Below, one piece after another: positions 58,751 through 64,000 of a stretch of DNA of 64,000 nt. The notes beneath the pieces were generated by a model. The model did not search any database, had not been told where the DNA came from, and saw only the letters and a program-made list of their open reading frames with translations. The DNA comes from Psammoneis japonica. Taxonomy: Eukaryota. Numbering within the stretch: position 1 is the stretch's first letter; each line of letters begins with the position of its first letter. The translations under genes and the position numbers were made by a program. The stretch spans positions 310,001-374,000 of the forward strand of contig QPGO01000049.1 in assembly GCA_008632985.1 (NCBI GenBank), in the 5' to 3' direction.

Positions 58751-59863
58751 GATCTCAGTGCTGTGCAGCATGCCATTGCCCACAGCGTCACTGCTTCAAG
58801 ATCCTCCACCGCCGATTCCCACTGGAGTCTCTGGTCCAACTTCTGCACCCAACTGGCCCTTGACCCACTCCTCGAAGACGTTTCCGACCCCGTCATCTAC
58901 CTTCAAGTCTTCCTGCATCGGTGCCGAACTGGCGCCATCACCCCCCGCGGAAATCCCATCCGCACACGCACCGCTGAGGATGCCGCACATTCAGTTGGGC
59001 AAACGTTTGCGGCAATGGGGACCCCAGACCCCCGACACACATCCCAAGGCCAGTTGGACTTCCGCCTTAGCCGACAAATTCGCTGTCACAAGAAAGAGGA
59101 TCCTCCACCCGACCGGGTCAAACCAGTCCCTGTTGCCATCCTCTTTTGGATCCTCCATGCCGCCGCAATCACACCCCACACAGGAACAAAAGCCATTGCC
59201 AGCATGATTGCGCTGGCTCACTTTTTTCTCCTTCGGCCTGGCGAATGCACCGCCACCCCATCCGACACCACCCCTTTCCGCCTGGCTGACGCACGGCTCT
59301 CCTTGGGCGGTGTTTACCTTGACATTTGGACAGCCACCGATGCCCAACTCGATGCCGCCACCTTCGCAACGCTTGCGTTCACTGATCAAAAGAACGGCGT
59401 CCACGGCGAAGTCATCGGTTTAGGCTGCTCCGGCCATCCCCAACTTTGCCCTGTCCTTGCTCTCGTTGAGTGCATCAAGCACCTCTGCAATCATGGAGCG
59501 CTCCCAGACGCCCCACTGGGAGTTTGTTTTGCCAATCATCAATGGCATTGTGTTTCACTGGCTGACATCTCCTCCGTGCTGTGCACCGCCGTCATTGCCA
59601 TTGGCCCTGCCAACCTGGGTTTCAACCCCTCCGACATTTCGGCCCGTTGTCTCCGCGCCGCCGGTGCCATGGCATTGCTTTGCGCCCACGTTGACACCGA
59701 CGTCATCTGGCTCTTGGGCCGGTGGCGATCAGATGAGATGCTTCGTCACCTTCATCTCCAGGCAGAACCCATCATGCGCCACTTCGCCAGACGCATGTTG
59801 GAAGGTGGAGATTTCGTCCTCCACCCAAACGCGGAGGTTCCCATTCATCTGGAACCCCCGTGA
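58718..59863 (+). CDS. Tyrosine recombinase of the YR retrotransposon; catalytic Tyr position reads His
   Basis: FFLLRPGEC, QKNG, CPV.A, ARCLRAAGA and LGRWRSDEMLRHLH motifs; overlaps the RNase H frame, as is typical of DIRS-order elements. Confidence 0.88.
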   Translation: MDPTTRAAFIRDLSAVQHAIAHSVTASRSSTADSHWSLWSNFCTQLALDPLLEDVSDPVIYLQVFLHRCRTGAITPRGNPIRTRTAEDAAHSVGQTFAAMGTPDPRHTSQGQLDFRLSRQIRCHKKEDPPPDRVKPVPVAILFWILHAAAITPHTGTKAIASMIALAHFFLLRPGECTATPSDTTPFRLADARLSLGGVYLDIWTATDAQLDAATFATLAFTDQKNGVHGEVIGLGCSGHPQLCPVLALVECIKHLCNHGALPDAPLGVCFANHQWHCVSLADISSVLCTAVIAIGPANLGFNPSDISARCLRAAGAMALLCAHVDTDVIWLLGRWRSDEMLRHLHLQAEPIMRHFARRMLEGGDFVLHPNAEVPIHLEPP

Positions 59864-60627
59864 TTCACCACCAGCCCGCCAGCCGGGCCCACCCACCCAC
59901 CCACCCAAGACTCGTGGCCCATTCCGACTCCACGTTGTTGTTGGGAGGCGCTGGCGGCCCTGCCGTCCAGCTTGGGATTTGGAGAGGCGTCATGTGCACC
60001 AGCGAAGCACTCTCCACTCCTGACCACCTGTCCCACTTGCTGCCCAGCCTCCCAATCCGGGTCGACCGAAGGACGAACGAGAAAAGCGGTGGCAGCCGCT
60101 GTCCTCAAAAAGTCCAACGGACGAGAGGGGCCTGTGACCGTTGGTCATCGTCACCCTGCAGAAAAAACCGTTGAAGATGACCCTCTGACCTCGGGATGAT
60201 TGTTTTCCCCGTTGCACCTCTCATTCTTCCGAAGAGCAAAGCAACAACTAGATGGTTTTAATCGCTCCCACCTCTCCCGCCCTCTGGCCCTGCCATCCAG
60301 CTTGGGATTTGGAGAGGCGTCATGTGCACTAGCAAAGCACTCTCCACTCCTAACCACCTGTCCCACTTGCTGCCTAGCCTCCCAATCCGGGTCGACCGAA
60401 GGACGAACGAGAAAAGCGGCGGCAGCCGCCAAAAATGAAACTCGACAAGCTGTCCATGCATTCTACGTAGCCCTAAACATTATAATACACATGATGATTC
60501 TTCAGCCAGGCTGGAGACTTCCCCCGATTGTTCATCAACTCGGTTGGTTGTTCAGAGTTGAAAAAAAACCTGGTGATTGTTTGACGATGCGAGTGGAGTG
60601 TCTGGCGCTATTTTCCACAACATCAAC

Positions 60628-61415
60628 ATGAGTGATCCTTTATCTTTTTCTTCCAGCATTGTCAGGGGAGATTTCGATCGAGTCCGAACCTTCCTCGAAC
60701 ACCGAGTCGTCTCGCTACCCTTTCACGCCACTTTATCTCGCCGTCGCACACTACGAAAATTGCAACAGCAACAATGGCAACATTGTCGAGCTCTTGTTGG
60801 AACATGGAGCTGATGTGAATAAACGAAATTTTGATAGTTCGAAATTTACACCGCTCCATGGCGCTGTTTTGTTTTCAGGGTACCAGCTTCGGTATCGCAG
60901 TTGTTGTTACAAGTATCGCACAATGCGCAGGTAGACTCTAGAGACAGCATGAATCGCACTCCTTTGCATTATGCTATGGTTTCCTATGGCGACAGAGGGC
61001 CTGTAGTAAGGTCGTTGCTACAGAATGGAGCCAACATTGATGCCATGGATAAAGACGGATGTACACCGCTCATTTTGCGTGCCGCTTAGGAAGGGAATGC
61101 ATGGCAGACATACTGTCGAAACAAGGCGCCAATATCAACGCCACAGACTCCAAAGGATTGTTGCCAATTCATCATGCGATTTCCAGGGGTGCAGACTCTA
61201 TTGTATTGCTCTTGATGAAAGCTCACTCGGATGATCTGTTGAAGGTTGACGACGTTCATCCGTGTCTGTGGGCGCACGCGCTTGCGACGGTCGGACACAA
61301 GACCGAACCGAAAAGACTTTCCTTGTCGTTTTCATTGCTTCGGGAAAAGCCTGATTTATTTGGGCACAAATCGAACACAAGGAAACGAAAGCATCCTGAT
61401 CGATTTGTTCCGTAG
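60628..61415 (+). pseudogene. Ankyrin-repeat gene with frameshifts and an in-frame stop
   Basis: TPLYLAV...LLEHGADVN, TPLHGA, TPLHYA...LLQNGANID and QGANIN..GLLPIHHA are spread across several frames; TAG at 61087-61089. Confidence 0.75.
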
Positions 61416-62307
61416 ACTTTTCAGAGATTTTGAAACATGTTCAATGTGTATTGTTGCAAGGCAAAGGGGTATCCATTACCTGTAGGCAGTGAAATTGTTG
61501 TGTATGAAGCCTCCTCTAGACATAGTTCTGTAATTCAAAAAGTAGTGCATTGATTTTATTGCGATCGACCTTTAAGCTACATGTGCCCGATGCGGAAAAA
61601 GCTAGGATAGAGACCACGAGATCTGTTGCGCACGTTGCGTTATTTTACGGAGTTATCCATGCCGCGCAAACCACATGGCTTGCGCAAAACTTATTACCGA
61701 AGAAGCTGCTTGCAAGTCCGAGATGCTGATTGCATGTGTAGACAAGCGAATGAAACAGAAGAAGGGAAATTGGTGGTTTGGGCGTTTTCCTGTTGCAATT
61801 GCAGGTCACAGTGGAGGCTTAGTAAAGGACAAAATCGCTCACGAAAAGACGGAAAGAAGCCATCTATCGTTTGGCTTCCGTGATTGTCCTACGTAATCAG
61901 TCTCTCCAACTCCTTGCTTCTGTCGCACGCTTCAGGCTTGTGGCGTTGCCGCTAAATAAGGAAGACTTTGGAGAATGACAGAACCCATTGGGCATTTTCA
62001 CCGGCTTCTTCATACAAACATGCCCATCTGATTTGGAACTCATGATAAGCAGAGGGATCAGTTCTCTTTGCCAAATGCAAAGAATCTGACTTATGGCGTA
62101 ACGAACTCCATTTCAGTCTCTTAACCATCTTCCCAAGCCATGTCTCCCTGTCATCTGCGTCATCCTATATCCCCTCACATTTCATACCTCATTGATCTAA
62201 GAAATGCCAAAGCTTCTCTCGTCTTTACCGCACACAGTGAAATGATAACTCGTCCGCGCTGCCTTGATCTTCCGGCGCATAGGTTCCTGTCAAAACGAAA
62301 AGTTTCA

Positions 62308-63329
62308 TCATTCATCCACAAGGTCTTCTTCCTTTACCAACGCATATTCTATAACGTCTTGCGCCTCCAACTCCGCGTCTTGCATTGTTTTGAAGATACC
62401 AGACCATGGTGTCAACAAATCATAAATGACGACCCCAAGCATTGTGTACGTGCCAATCAGTAGAGACCAACAGACACTCAATTGAAAGTTGAGAAGAGTG
62501 TTGTCGTTCAATTCACTGCTGCCAACGTCCGTCTCCAGCAAGAAGACAAAGAGCAAGGTTGCCGCCAACACAACCATATTACCATAGTGTGCTGGTGAAA
62601 AGGTTGTTTGAATGGCCGCAATCAGGTCGGCACGGATATCCTTGAACCTGTTAACGGATCCGTACACTTCTCCGATAAAGGATGGGATCTGTTCTGCTGG
62701 TGCCTCGTTGGACATGTCATTGAGGAGTAGCAAGAGTAATGAAATTTCATTGCGCTGGCGTAGCGTCACTGGAGTGACGCGGCGAGATTCGAATTGAGCC
62801 ATTGTCTTGGAGACAAACGATGTCACGAGCTGAAGCCCTTTTGATTTGTAGGGTTCAGGAAATCCTTGAACTAAGAGTTGAATTTCATGAACCTCTTCGA
62901 TTTGGCCGATTAGCATTTTGTGAATATTGATTTGACGGTCGTACAGTGTTTGAATAGTCATGGCCACCAATGTACCAAATAGAATGGAAACGCTAAGCGT
63001 CACGGGACCACCCAACACATCCTTCGTCACGGAACTAATGGTAGTGTCATCCCAAGCATACCCCGATGCGCTTGCTAGAAAGTCATGGAATACTCTATTG
63101 GTATCACGTACAAGAAAAAAGCAGCCGTGGCCAGAACCGGTGGCATTCCCCATGCAAACGCGTCCAGGTCTGGCGGTGGAAGTGTCTTGTGGTCGGATTC
63201 AGAAGCACTGTAATATTCTCGTTCAGCTGCTAGACGAAGAGGGGTTCGAACGTGAGAATATGGACCCCATGCACTAGTGATGGTGAAAGCGCTTAATACG
63301 ACAATAGTTGGAAGCTGCTGTCGTCTCAT
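62308..63329 (-). CDS. Multi-pass membrane protein with signal peptide (possibly DUF4239-like); frame break near 63110
   Basis: MRRQQLPTIVVLSAFTITSAW N-terminus in one frame; the remainder with hydrophobic helices (SILFGTLVAMTI..LY.RQ; VIYDL..P.SG) in another frame. Confidence 0.6.
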
Positions 63330-63423
63330 GGCTGTGCAATTCTTGTTGTCAGTCGACCCAACTTGGAAACCGTTTTGATGTGAGAAAGATCCAAAAGATA
63401 TGAGCACGTAGAAATCAGTACAT

Positions 63424-63631
63424 TGGGGGAAGTCTCCAGCCAGCTGCTGGCTGAAAAAAGTCTGCTCGTCAGTGCGTTTGGGGGTTTTGCAAGTACAAGT
63501 TTTACGTACGCAAAATAAGACGAGTCTGTCCAGCGTTCACCAAAACCCCCTAACGCACAGATTGACAGACTCTTTCAGTACAATTTCTACACAAAATTCT
63601 TCAGCCAGCAGCTGGCTGGAGACTTCCCCCA
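63424..63631. mobile_element. MITE with perfect 32-bp TIRs and 4-bp ACAT target duplication
   Basis: ACAT|TGGGGGAAGTCTCCAGCCAGCTGCTGGCTGAA ... TTCAGCCAGCAGCTGGCTGGAGACTTCCCCCA|ACAT; related fragments at ~51954-52020, ~52617-52640 and ~60501-60525. Confidence 0.85.
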
Positions 63632-63861
63632 ACATTCTCTACGTGAATCCCAATCGGTGTTCCGCCTCGCCTCATCCCACTGCATTCGTTGTTACTCTGT
63701 ACACTCTACAACATAACAACTTCTGTACTGGAGCCCAACGACGACACTCTTCGACTGTCGACTTCGACTTCAATCTCATCTGCAACATCTCAGCAACTCA
63801 CATTTCGTTGTTGCAACAGAACACACCAGCCGCGGTCTCGCAATGGAAGCAAGACACAACC

Positions 63862-64000
63862 ATGGCTCACACGGCTCTTTTTCTAAAGGTTCTTGCTGCG
63901 GCACTTCTCGGCACCTACATTGAAAAGACACTGTTGCCCGAAGCCCTGTTGGATTTCTTGACGGAACCCCCTCCGGCACTGCTGGACTTCCACGAGCTTT
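63862..64000 (+). CDS. Possible 5' end of a gene running off the window
   Basis: ATG 63862 opens MAHTALFLKVLAAALLGTYIEK..., a hydrophobic N-terminus with no stop before the window end. Confidence 0.3.
   Translation, partial: MAHTALFLKVLAAALLGTYIEKTLLPEALLDFLTEPPPALLDFHEL

Larger units (their letters stand above)
54114..60429 (+). mobile_element. Full-length tyrosine-recombinase retrotransposon (DIRS order, Ngaro/PAT-like split direct repeats)
   Basis: A1 (54114-54282), gag, RT/RNase H, YR, then B1 (59956-60099), A2 (60098-60266) and B2 (60286-60429). Confidence 0.92.

Noticed and set aside
54313..59863. Alternative genetic code or RNA editing restoring Tyr from Cys/His codons
   Set aside because: Neighbouring housekeeping genes use standard Tyr codons, and the same changes occur in non-coding repeats, TIRs and an intron.

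Overview
Eukaryotic genomic DNA, most consistent with a diatom or other stramenopile (inferred from gene content: RIO2, TRM10, a PKDCC-like kinase, a copia relic and a tyrosine-recombinase retroelement). The window alternates between two kinds of sequence. (1) Normal-composition blocks (~2.0-8.2, 15.8-18.7, 19.8-22.0, 24.8-30.85, 37.4-38.3 and 60.45-64 kb) hold the intact genes: a secreted 51-aa-repeat protein resembling a gp5/VgrG beta-helix, an M64-like peptidase, RIO2, two duplicated ricin-B-like lectins, TRM10, a kinase and a membrane protein. (2) Sharply bounded blocks are stripped of TpA, and in older parts of CpG, and are rich in TpG/CpA. They hold transposon relics and host-gene fragments in which conserved Tyr codons read Cys or His. 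Paired repeat copies inside the window differ almost only by TA->TG/CA and CG->TG/CA. The main candidate system is therefore a domain-targeted, strand-symmetric A:T->G:C hypermutation at TpA (a 'reverse RIP'-like genome defence) overlaid on CpG decay. All compositional statements and family assignments were made by eye; no counts or database searches were run, so novelty is unverified.
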